From an uncultured Pseudomonadota bacterium (GTDB lineage: Bacteria > Pseudomonadota > Gammaproteobacteria > Burkholderiales > Burkholderiaceae_C): 64,000 bases of DNA. The stretch lies in the NCBI GenBank assembly GCA_945952465.1, contig CAMFIB010000005.1, forward strand, positions 20,820-84,819, given 5' to 3'. Below, piece after piece: positions 29,399-37,830 of the stretch. Numbering within the stretch: the stretch's first letter is position 1; every line of letters begins with the position of its first letter. Position numbers and translations under genes: made by a program. The notes under the pieces are model-generated. The model was not told the origin of the DNA. It saw only the letters and a program-made list of their open reading frames with translations, and searched no databases.

Positions 29399-30129
29399 GC
29401 CTCAGTGCATTGATCCTCGCCGCCGGCCGTGGCGAACGCATGCGGCCGCTCACCGACCACACGCCCAAGCCGCTGCTCGAGGTGCGCGGCAAGCCGCTGA
29501 TCGAGTGGCACATCGAGGCGCTGGTGCGCGCCGGCGTGACCGACATCGTCATCAACACCGCCTGGCTCGAAGAACAGTTCGAGGCCCGCCTCGGCGACGG
29601 CCGGCGCTTCGGCGTCGGGGTGCGGCTGATCTATTCGCCCGAGGGCCGCGATTTCGGCGGCGCGCTCGAAACGCTGGGCGGCATCGTGCGCGCGCTGCCC
29701 ATGCTGCCCGACACCTTCTGGCTGGTGGGTGGCGACGTGTTCGTGCCGCACCCGGTCTTCAGCGCCGCAGAGGCGCTGCATTTCAGCGCCTCCACCGCGC
29801 AGGCCCAGTTGTGGCTGGTGCCCAACCCGCCGCACAACCCGAACGGCGATTTCGGCATGACGGCAGACGGCCGGGCCTTGAACGTGGCGCCGCAGCGCTA
29901 CACCTATTCCACCATCGCGCTGCTGCGCAAAAGCCTGTTCGCGCCGCCGCTGTGCGACATCCTGCCCGGCAACCCGCGCGGCGTGAAGGCCCCGCTGGCG
30001 CCATTGCTGCGACAGGCGATCGACAATGGCGTGGTGGCCGCGCGGCCGCTGCGCGGTGGCTGGACCGACGTCGGCACGCCCGAGCGGCTGGCCCAACTGA
30101 ACGCGACGACGACGACACCACCACCATGA
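29395..30129 (+). CDS. murU: Nucleotidyltransferase, N-acetylmuramate-1-phosphate uridylyltransferase-like
   Basis: [30 protein letters not shown] is the sugar-nucleotidyltransferase signature. The start overlaps the preceding stop as ATGA. At 244 aa it has the typical MurU size. Confidence 0.7.
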   Translation: [244 protein letters not shown]

Positions 30130-31517
30130 ACGCCTCCCTCTACGCCGAACGCCGCGCCCGCGTGGCCGCCGAACTCGCCAAGGACGGCCCCTCGGTCGCC
30201 CTCATCCCCACCGCGCTGGAGCGCCCGCGCAACCGCGACAGCGACTTCCTCTTTCGCCACGACAGCTACTTCTACTACCTCACCGGCTTCACCGAGCCGC
30301 ACGCCTGGCTCGCCATCACCAGCGACGGAAAATCCACGCTGTTCTGCCAGCCGCGCGACATCGAACGCGAGATCTGGGACGGCTACCGCCTCGGCCCCGA
30401 AGCCGCGCCCGCCGCGCTGGGCGTGGACGAGGCGTTTTCGGTGGCCGAACTCGACAGCCGCGTGCCCCGTTTGCTGGAGAACCGCGCCACCGTCTGGTAT
30501 CCCTTCGCCACCCACAAGGGGCTGGAATCCACCGTCGACGGCTGGCTGGCCGCCGTGCGCGCCCGCGTGCGCTTCGGCGCGCTGTGCCCCGAGCGCCAGC
30601 GCGACTTGTGCGGCGTGTTGGACGAGATGCGGCTGGTCAAAGACATCCATGAGCAAGACGTCATGCGCCGCGCCGCGCAGATCAGCGCCGCCGCCCACAT
30701 CCGCGCGATGCGCCTCAGCGCGCAACGCCTGCGCGACGGCCAGGACGTGCGCGAATACCACCTCGACGCCGAACTGCTGCACGAATTCCGCCGCCAGGGC
30801 TCGCAGTACCCGGCGTACAGCTCCATCGTCGCCGCCGGCGCCAACGCCTGCGTGCTGCACTACCGCGCCGACGTGGCCCCCGTGCGCGACGGCGAGCTGG
30901 TGCTGATCGACGCCGGCTGCGAGCTCGACGGCTACGCCAGCGACATCACCCGCACCTTCCCCGCCAACGGCACATTCACCGGCCCGCAGCGCACGCTCTA
31001 CGAGCTGGTGCTGGCCAGCCAGGACGCGGCGGTGGCCGCCACCAAACCTGGCGCCCGCTTCACCGACCCGCACGAGGCCACCGTCAAGGTGCTGGCGCAA
31101 GGCATGCTCGACGTCGGCCTGCTCGACGCCAACAAGGTCGGCAACGCCCAGGACGTTATCGAGAAACGCGCCTACTTCCAGTTCTACATGCACCGCACCG
31201 GCCACTGGCTCGGCATGGACGTGCACGACTGCGGCAGCTATGTGGAACCAGGCGAGGTCGGCACCGCCAGCGAACGCAAGGACCCGCTCAGCGGCGAGAC
31301 CATCGTCAACCGCCCCAGCCGCATCCTGCAACCCGGCATGGTGCTCACCATCGAACCCGGCCTCTACGTGCGCCCCGCCGAAGGCGTGCCGGAACACTTC
31401 CACAACATCGGCATCCGCATCGAAGACGACGCCATCGTCAACGCGGGGGGCTGCGAATTGATCAGTCGGGGGGTGCCGGTAAAGGCTGGGGATATTGAGG
31501 AGTTGATGCGGGGGTAA
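30126..31517 (+). CDS. pepP: Xaa-Pro aminopeptidase (M24B)
   Basis: MNASLYAERRARV... Motifs include FRHDSYFYYLTGF, VLIDAGCELDGYASDITRTF, HRTGHWLGMDVHD and IEPG...IRIEDD. Confidence 0.93.
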   Translation: MNASLYAERRARVAAELAKDGPSVALIPTALERPRNRDSDFLFRHDSYFYYLTGFTEPHAWLAITSDGKSTLFCQPRDIEREIWDGYRLGPEAAPAALGVDEAFSVAELDSRVPRLLENRATVWYPFATHKGLESTVDGWLAAVRARVRFGALCPERQRDLCGVLDEMRLVKDIHEQDVMRRAAQISAAAHIRAMRLSAQRLRDGQDVREYHLDAELLHEFRRQGSQYPAYSSIVAAGANACVLHYRADVAPVRDGELVLIDAGCELDGYASDITRTFPANGTFTGPQRTLYELVLASQDAAVAATKPGARFTDPHEATVKVLAQGMLDVGLLDANKVGNAQDVIEKRAYFQFYMHRTGHWLGMDVHDCGSYVEPGEVGTASERKDPLSGETIVNRPSRILQPGMVLTIEPGLYVRPAEGVPEHFHNIGIRIEDDAIVNAGGCELISRGVPVKAGDIEELMRG

Positions 31518-31760
31518 TTGTGAGGGCGTGTAGACGCTGTTGCTTGGTTTAGCCTGTAACTCGCCTCACGGGCGGCGCGCTCCTGGAAATCATTTGGCGT
31601 ACTCGAGCGGTTCACGCATCGGACAGAGTTAGTGGCCAATTGTTTTCTATAGCTGAAGGCGAGTCCATCCAATGGCGCGACCCAACTAGATTGGCTTTTG
31701 GACTGACTTGCCAACAGCATGGGTAATTTTCTAAATTTATTTAGGCAATAAAGGAGAGAT

Positions 31761-32042
31761 ATGGATCAATTTGTTTTCTGCCTGTGGTTTCTTGGCATAC
31801 CGTTCGCCTGCCTTACTCTTATGTATGTGATCCTTGTTTTCGCGAACGGGGAAACAACCGGAGAGATCAAAATGATTCTTCCACCAGAAATACTGTTGAA
31901 GGTTTTCGCGGTATTTATGGTCACAGGAGTTATCTTCGTTTTGGCAGTTCTAAAAATTATCCAAGAGTCCACTGTTAGCGCGTTACTTGGTGCGGTGGCT
32001 ACCGGTGTCCTGGGGTTCTCTGCCAAGAGAAATGATGGGTGA
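31761..32042 (+). CDS. Hypothetical small membrane protein (three predicted TM helices) in an AT-rich islet
   Basis: 93 aa with a strong RBS (aaaggagagatATG). Hydrophobic stretches are FVFCLWFLGIPFACLTLMYVILVF, LLKVFAVFMVTGVIFVLAVL and ALLGAVATGVLGF. Local GC is ~45% against ~69% in the flanks. Confidence 0.45.
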   Translation: MDQFVFCLWFLGIPFACLTLMYVILVFANGETTGEIKMILPPEILLKVFAVFMVTGVIFVLAVLKIIQESTVSALLGAVATGVLGFSAKRNDG

Positions 32043-32328
32043 AATGCCCAAGTGCCTCATCCGACGTATTCGCTTTCGCTGCCGAACTTTTGCGTTAAGC
32101 ATCCCACCGATGTCGGAGAATATGCGCTTAATGAAACGCTTGAATCTCTCGTCACGTGAGGTTGCTATGGACATTCATGTCCAAATGATCACCGCTATTC
32201 GGGTTCAGCATAGGTTGGGTGTGCCCCGGGTTCTCTGAGTGGCTGAACTTAATGCGAGTAACGAGATATGACTTGCTATTGCAGGCGGCGGCCTCTGCCT
32301 AGGCTATGCTCCAACTTTTCGCGCAGCC

Positions 32329-32946
32329 TTACTGCGGAAACACACTCGGAAACACCACCTGCCGCGCCCAATCCGGCAGTGGCTGTACCCGCAGATCAGT
32401 AGCATCCGCCTTGCAGCGGGCCACCAACCGATGCGTACCACGCTCCACCGCATGTGAGTCGTACAGCAGCGCCGCGTCGGCCTGCCGTACCGCGATGGCC
32501 AAGTGCGCGAGGCTGCGTGGGTAGCGCTCCAGGATGCGTTCACGCGGCACGGCATGGCCGCCCTCTTTCACGCGGCGTGACACGCGTTGCACCAGCTGCC
32601 GCGTGTCGTCCAGGCCCACCACCAGCAGCAGCACGTAGAAGCCGGCGGCGCGGGCGTCGGTGACCAGTTGCAGCTTGGAGGCGTGGGAGAACACGGTTTC
32701 GCTGACGAAGGAGCGGAGCTGGGCGATGCATTCGGCGCGGCGGGCGTCGGCCCAGGCGCGGGCTTGCTGGGAGCGTTGCAGCGGGTCGGCCACTTGCTGC
32801 AGGTGGGCGGCCTCGTACAGGTCGGCATTCACGAATTCGAGCGACGCGGGCAGCGTGCCGTTGTCGACGAGCGCGCGGTACAGCGTGGACTTGCCGGCGC
32901 CGTTGGGGCCGGCCAGCAGGTAGAAGACCGGTTGTGTCGCAGCCAA
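32329..32946 (-). CDS. Zeta-toxin-family P-loop kinase (type II toxin candidate)
   Basis: 205 aa with Walker A LLAGPNGAGKSTLY. Its size and its position directly downstream of a ParD-like gene fit a toxin role. Confidence 0.7.
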   Translation of the reverse strand: MAATQPVFYLLAGPNGAGKSTLYRALVDNGTLPASLEFVNADLYEAAHLQQVADPLQRSQQARAWADARRAECIAQLRSFVSETVFSHASKLQLVTDARAAGFYVLLLVVGLDDTRQLVQRVSRRVKEGGHAVPRERILERYPRSLAHLAIAVRQADAALLYDSHAVERGTHRLVARCKADATDLRVQPLPDWARQVVFPSVFPQ

Positions 32947-32956
32947 GGGCGGCGGC

Positions 32957-33301
32957 TTACTGCGCCTTCAGCGCGGCGGCCCGGGCGCGGTTGCCGGCGA
33001 TGACGCGGCGCACGCGGGTGGCGAGGCTGCCGTCGGCCTCGGAGGCCATGAAGCCGTGCAGCACGGCGTCGTCGGCGAAGGGGTCGGCGGGCGTCGCGGC
33101 GGCCGACGGCAGGCGCGTGGCTTCGAAGCCGGCGATGGCCTGTTGCGCTTCCTGCACCGTCAGGCCGGCGTGCTCGACGGCCTGGCCGAGCATGGCCCAG
33201 TACTCGATCTGGCTGGCGACAGACCGGCGCAGCGTTTGCGCCGACTCACGGGCCTGGTCGACCAGATCGGTCGAGAGTTTGACGGAAGCAAAACCGGACA
33301 T
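32957..33301 (-). CDS. ParD-like antitoxin candidate
   Basis: An internal ATG at 33301 gives MSGFASVKLSTDLVDQARESAQTLRRSVASQIEYWAMLGQAVE, 114 aa in total. It ends 10 nt upstream of the zeta-like gene. Confidence 0.6.
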   Translation of the reverse strand: MSGFASVKLSTDLVDQARESAQTLRRSVASQIEYWAMLGQAVEHAGLTVQEAQQAIAGFEATRLPSAAATPADPFADDAVLHGFMASEADGSLATRVRRVIAGNRARAAALKAQ

Positions 33302-33327
33302 GGCGAATCCCGAAATGTGCCAGAGAT

Positions 33328-33352
33328 GCGCCAAATGGTAGCAAAGTGGCGC
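33328..33352. promoter_or_regulatory. Inverted repeat GCGCCA-N13-TGGCGC upstream of the antitoxin gene (candidate operator)
   Basis: gcgcca is at 33328-33333 and tggcgc at 33347-33352, 27-51 nt upstream of the antitoxin ATG. Confidence 0.3.
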
Positions 33353-33371
33353 AATCGGGGCAATGCTGTGG

Positions 33372-36300
33372 TTACTTCCAGCGCCAGGTGTAGACCGCGT
33401 CGACCGCGTTGTCGCTGCCGGTCTGGCCGCGCAGCGTGAAGCGCTGGGCAATGCGGTAGATGAGCTGAAAACTGCCGGTGGTGCCGTTCAGGCCGCGTTC
33501 GTAGCCCACGTACACGCGCTCGTTGATCTGCTTGCCGAGCGTGACGATGGTTTCTTTTACCTCGCCGTCGGTCTGCCGCAGCGAGATGTCGTCGAGCCCG
33601 ATCGCCTTGGTCAGCTGGGTGGTCACGCCCTCTTCCTCGCCCGACAGCAGCGCCACGGCGGCGCGCTGCAGCAGCGCGGTGTCGGTGCGGCCCAGGCCGC
33701 CGCTGGCGCGGCCCAGCACCAGCCACGAGAGCTTGTCGACCTCGGGCAGGTCGGGCTCGGAGAACAGCCGCACGCGCGGGTTGATCGCGTTGCCGGTGAC
33801 CTGCACGCCCACGCGCACGTCGGTCTGTGGCCGGGTGGCCTCGATGTCGAGCCTCGGGTTGCCGGGCGCGCCGCTGAAGGTCAGCAGGCCGCGGTCGATC
33901 GTCATCTTCTGGCCGTAGGCGGCGTAGTTGCCGCCCACCGTGCGCACCTGGCCGTTCACCGCCAGCGCGCCGCCGGGCGCGGTGATCTTCAAATCGCCAG
34001 CCAGCCGGGTGTTGAGGCCGCGGCCCTTCAGCCGCAACTGCTCGCCCAGGCTGAGCGTGAGGTTCAGCGCGAGCTGGCGCGGCGTGGCGACCGGCGCCTG
34101 CGCCGGCGGCGCGTCGGGCTGGGTGGCGCCGCGCGTCACCACGGTGCCGCCGGGGCCGGCGGTGGTGGTGGCGGCCGGCTTGGCACCTGGCGCTGTGGGC
34201 GCGGGTTTGGCGCGGGTCACGACCACGTCGTCCGACAAACTCGGCGCGTCGCCCTTGGTGAAGTCGATCAGCCCTTCGTCAACGGCCAGCTTGCCGTCCA
34301 TCGCGATGCGGTCGGGTGCAACGCGCAACTGCGCCTGGCCGCTGGCGACGATGCGCATGTCGACCCGGCCGAGCAACTGGAACTTGTCGGCCACCAGTTG
34401 CAGCGCCGCGCTGGGCGCGTTGCCCAGCTTTGCACCGCCCGTCACCGTCAGCGTGCCGTTGCCGGCCTTGGCGGTGAAACGCTCGATGCGGGCGCTGTCG
34501 CCGGCCAGTGTCACCGCCACCTCGCCGTCGGTGATGTTCACGCCCTGCAGCACGTTGCGCAGCGCCAGCTTCTGCGCGGCGATGCGGCCGGTGAGTTCCG
34601 GCCCACCGAGCTTGCCGCCCACCGTGGCGCGGCCCTGCAGGCTGCCGCCCACCCGCCAGCCGGTCGGCACCCAGCTCGCCAGCGCTTCCAGGCTGGCCAC
34701 GTTGAGGTCGATTGCGCCCTGCACAGGCGTGGCCGCGTCGGGCAGCAGCGCGCCGGCCGAGGTGCGCGCCACCACCGAGCCGCCCGCCGTGCCGGTGGCC
34801 TTGCCGGCCACGCGCGGCGTGAAGGTCCAGACGCCGTTGGCGGCGGTCAGCGCCACCTTCAGCTCCGTCAGGCCCAGCGCCTGCCGGGTGCCGTCTTCGG
34901 TGGTCAGCACCAGGTCACCCTTCTGCCGCTCGACCACGATGTCGGCGCTGACGGCGGGGCTGCTTTTCATCGCGATGCGGCCGCCGATCACCAGGTCGCC
35001 GTCCCAGCCGAAATCGGGCTGGACATGCGCGAGCAACGGTGCCACCGCCACCGGGTCCAGCGTGGCCTGCACGTCGAACTGCGCGGCCGGCGGCGCTTTG
35101 GCGTCTGGAGCGTTGGCGGCCTGCTGCCAGACCGCACGCGTCCAGCGAATCGCCGACGCGGTGGGGCCGGCCTTGAAGTCGATGCGGCCGGGCTGCAGCT
35201 CCACACCCATCGCCTCGGCCGACCACCGCACCGCCGCCTGAATGCCGCGCGCCTGCAGCCATGGCGCGCCGGGGTTGGCCACGTCGGCCGCCACCAGCTC
35301 CTGCACCGTGCCTTGCCACGCGCTGGTGGTGCCGCTGCCCTTGGCCACGGCCAGCGCGGGCGCGTCGTGGCGCAGGCCACCTTGCAGCTTCAGCGCCAGG
35401 TCAGCGGCTTTGCGGGGTGCTGTGGTTTCGCCGCCGGCGGCGGGCACGCCGGGTTGCGGCGACTCCAGCGCGGCGCGGGCCTTCAGATCGAGCTGGTGCG
35501 CGCGCGCCGTGCCCTTCAGCGCGATGTCGGCCGACTCGACCGGCTGGCCCGCCAGCAGCAGTTGCCGCAGCGTGGCCTCGATCTGCGCGGGTGCGTCGAG
35601 CGTGGTGCCCAGCTTCCAGCGCACGTCGCCGCTCTTCAGCGCGTTGTCGGCGCCGGCCGTGAGGCTGCGAATGGTGAGCTGGCCCTGGCTGCTCACGTCG
35701 GGCCAGCGGCCGCGCAGGCTGGCCTGGCCTTCGACCTCGCCGGCCAGTTTGGGTGCGGCCGGCGCGGCGGTTTGCTTCGCGCCTTTCACCGGTGGGCCGC
35801 TGGCCGGCAGCAGGTCCATCAGTGGCTGCAGCTTGTGCAGCGCCGGTGCGCGGATGTCGAACTCGGCCACGTCGCCCGACGCCGGCTGCACGGCGAGGCG
35901 GGCCTTGGCGTTGAGCTTGTTGTCGGCGAGGTTGAGCACCGCGTCGGCGCGGCCGGCGCCTTTGTCGTCGCTGCCCACGGCCACGTCGGCCTGCAGCGGC
36001 ACGCCGACCAGTTGGCTGTTCGCGAGCTTGAGCTGCGCCTGGCCGGTGAAGGCCGCGAAGACCGCCTGCCAGACCGGCGCGCCGCCCTTGCCCGCAACCT
36101 GGGTGGCGGCCTTGGCGGCTGAGGCGGGGGTTTCGGGTGCTTGCGCGTTGGCCGGCAGGCCCTTCCAGACGAGGTCGACCCCCGCCGTGCCGTTGATGCG
36201 CGTGGCGCCGCGGCGCAGCGCAGATTGACGCGCGCCCGGCCACCACAGCAGGGGATCGAACGCGCGGAAATCACCGCTCAGCTTCACCTGCCACGGCGCG

Positions 36301-37817
36301 GCCAGCGCCTCGCGCGTGACGCGGCCGTTCAGCGCGGCCTGCGAGGCGCCGGCGGCGAGCCGCGTGTGGCGCAGGTCCAGCGCCATGCCGCCGTTGGCCT
36401 GCTGCACGACGCCGGCGTCCAGGTCGACCGTCACGTCGCGCGGTGCGTTGCCGGGCAGGCCGGGGGCCAACAGCTGGCCGTTGAGCTGGCCTTTCACCGC
36501 GAGCGTCTGCGGTTGGTCGGCGTCGGGTGCGCTGCCGCTGGCCGACAGCGGGCCAGAGAGTGTGAGCTGCGGCGCGCGGGCGTCGAGCTGGTCGGGCCGC
36601 ACGTCCTGCAACGTGGCGTCGACGGCCCAGCCCTTGGCGTCGTTCCTGCCGGTCAGCGCGATGCGGCCGGCGGGCTTGGCGGCAGAGCCGAGTTCGGCCA
36701 CCGCGTCGCGGATGGTGATGCTGCTGGCCTGGTCGGGCCGCGCCAGCAGCGTCAGCGCGGCGCGGCGCAGCGGCAACCGGAGATCGCTCCACAGCCCGGC
36801 CGCCGCGTTGTCGATGGCCAGCGTGAGCGTGGCCGGCTGGTCGGCCGCCGGGCTGGCAATGCTGGCGCTGCCGCTCAGCTCGGTCTGCGGCGCGGCGCTG
36901 GTGAAACGCGCGAGGTCGAGCTTGTTGAGCCGCGCTTCGAGGACCGACACCGGCCACGGCGCAAAGGGCTGGACGATGGCGTTGGCGTCGAGCAGGTCAC
37001 CGGGTGCAGCGGCGGCGGTGGCGGTGGTTTCAACGCCGCGCAGCGTGGCCTGCAGCGCGAGCTGGTTCAACGGGCCTTGCAGGCGCAGAGTGCCGGCCAG
37101 CGGCGGCGCGCGCAGGCCAGCCGCGTTCTCGGCCACCGCCGGTTGCGAGAGCGCCAGTTGCGCGTCGACCGGCATGTCGCCGTCGGCGCCGGCCTGCGCA
37201 AAGCCGCTGAGCTTGATCAGGCCCCAGCCGAGCTGTGTGAGTTCGATGCGGTGGCGCGCGCCGTCGTCGGCGCCGATCGAGAGCCGCGCCTCGATGTCCT
37301 TCAGCGGCTGTTCGCCGAGCGAGGCCAGCTTCACCTCGCCCACCTTCACGCTGCCGATCTGCGCGGTCAGCGGCAGCCGCAGGTCGCGCGGCGCGGTGGT
37401 GGGCGTGGACGGTTGCGGCGGCGTGGGTTTGTCGATGACCTCCACCCGGCCGACCTCGACGCTGTCGGCCTGCAGCGCCACCCAGGCGCCGCGCACCGAT
37501 GACCAGCCGACGCTCAGCCCGCGCCAGCGCAGGTCGCGCAGCCGCACGGCGGTGCCAGCCGTGTCGATGTCGAGCGCGGTGGCGTTGAAGTCGCCGAGCA
37601 GCGCGCCCTCGGGCGCGGTCACGGTCACGCCCGGCAGCCGCGCCAGCCACCAGGCCGTGCCAGCCGGCGTGCGCAGGCTGGCCAGCATGGCGGGAATGGC
37701 GCCTGCGGCCAGCACGACCAGCAGCGCGCCGCCGCCGGCGAACCACGGCCACCACCTGCGCCGCGCCGGGGGCGTTGGCGTGGGTGGCGGGGGAGCGGAG
37801 GGGCGTGCCTCGGTCAT
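33372..37817 (-). CDS. tamB: Translocation and assembly module inner-membrane subunit TamB (DUF490)
   Basis: From ATG at 37817, MTEARPSAPPPP...RRRWWPWFAGGGALLVVLAAGAI is an N-terminal anchor. A ~1480-aa beta-rich body ends ...SDNAVDAVYTWRWK. It starts 13 nt after the tamA stop. Confidence 0.9.
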   Translation of the reverse strand: MTEARPSAPPPPTPTPPARRRWWPWFAGGGALLVVLAAGAIPAMLASLRTPAGTAWWLARLPGVTVTAPEGALLGDFNATALDIDTAGTAVRLRDLRWRGLSVGWSSVRGAWVALQADSVEVGRVEVIDKPTPPQPSTPTTAPRDLRLPLTAQIGSVKVGEVKLASLGEQPLKDIEARLSIGADDGARHRIELTQLGWGLIKLSGFAQAGADGDMPVDAQLALSQPAVAENAAGLRAPPLAGTLRLQGPLNQLALQATLRGVETTATAAAAPGDLLDANAIVQPFAPWPVSVLEARLNKLDLARFTSAAPQTELSGSASIASPAADQPATLTLAIDNAAAGLWSDLRLPLRRAALTLLARPDQASSITIRDAVAELGSAAKPAGRIALTGRNDAKGWAVDATLQDVRPDQLDARAPQLTLSGPLSASGSAPDADQPQTLAVKGQLNGQLLAPGLPGNAPRDVTVDLDAGVVQQANGGMALDLRHTRLAAGASQAALNGRVTREALAAPWQVKLSGDFRAFDPLLWWPGARQSALRRGATRINGTAGVDLVWKGLPANAQAPETPASAAKAATQVAGKGGAPVWQAVFAAFTGQAQLKLANSQLVGVPLQADVAVGSDDKGAGRADAVLNLADNKLNAKARLAVQPASGDVAEFDIRAPALHKLQPLMDLLPASGPPVKGAKQTAAPAAPKLAGEVEGQASLRGRWPDVSSQGQLTIRSLTAGADNALKSGDVRWKLGTTLDAPAQIEATLRQLLLAGQPVESADIALKGTARAHQLDLKARAALESPQPGVPAAGGETTAPRKAADLALKLQGGLRHDAPALAVAKGSGTTSAWQGTVQELVAADVANPGAPWLQARGIQAAVRWSAEAMGVELQPGRIDFKAGPTASAIRWTRAVWQQAANAPDAKAPPAAQFDVQATLDPVAVAPLLAHVQPDFGWDGDLVIGGRIAMKSSPAVSADIVVERQKGDLVLTTEDGTRQALGLTELKVALTAANGVWTFTPRVAGKATGTAGGSVVARTSAGALLPDAATPVQGAIDLNVASLEALASWVPTGWRVGGSLQGRATVGGKLGGPELTGRIAAQKLALRNVLQGVNITDGEVAVTLAGDSARIERFTAKAGNGTLTVTGGAKLGNAPSAALQLVADKFQLLGRVDMRIVASGQAQLRVAPDRIAMDGKLAVDEGLIDFTKGDAPSLSDDVVVTRAKPAPTAPGAKPAATTTAGPGGTVVTRGATQPDAPPAQAPVATPRQLALNLTLSLGEQLRLKGRGLNTRLAGDLKITAPGGALAVNGQVRTVGGNYAAYGQKMTIDRGLLTFSGAPGNPRLDIEATRPQTDVRVGVQVTGNAINPRVRLFSEPDLPEVDKLSWLVLGRASGGLGRTDTALLQRAAVALLSGEEEGVTTQLTKAIGLDDISLRQTDGEVKETIVTLGKQINERVYVGYERGLNGTTGSFQLIYRIAQRFTLRGQTGSDNAVDAVYTWRWK

Positions 37818-37830
37818 GGCGCGGCCGCCG

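Noticed and set aside
31364-31720. 118-aa minus-strand ORF crossing the pepP 3' end into the AT-rich islet
   Set aside because: Half of it is antisense to pepP. It has no RBS and no recognisable motif. I considered an integrase/transposase C-terminal remnant but could not support it.
31987-32238. 83-aa plus-strand ORF (or a 64-aa version from ATG 32044) after the small membrane ORF
   Set aside because: There is no clear RBS, and the sequence is basic and low-complexity. I mention it only as a possibility in the islet finding.
31518-33371. Calling the pepP-tamB insert a mobile element or genomic island
   Set aside because: No integrase, transposase, tRNA target or flanking direct repeats are visible. 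Only the compositional shift and TA content support foreign origin, so it is reported as a finding and not annotated as a mobile element.
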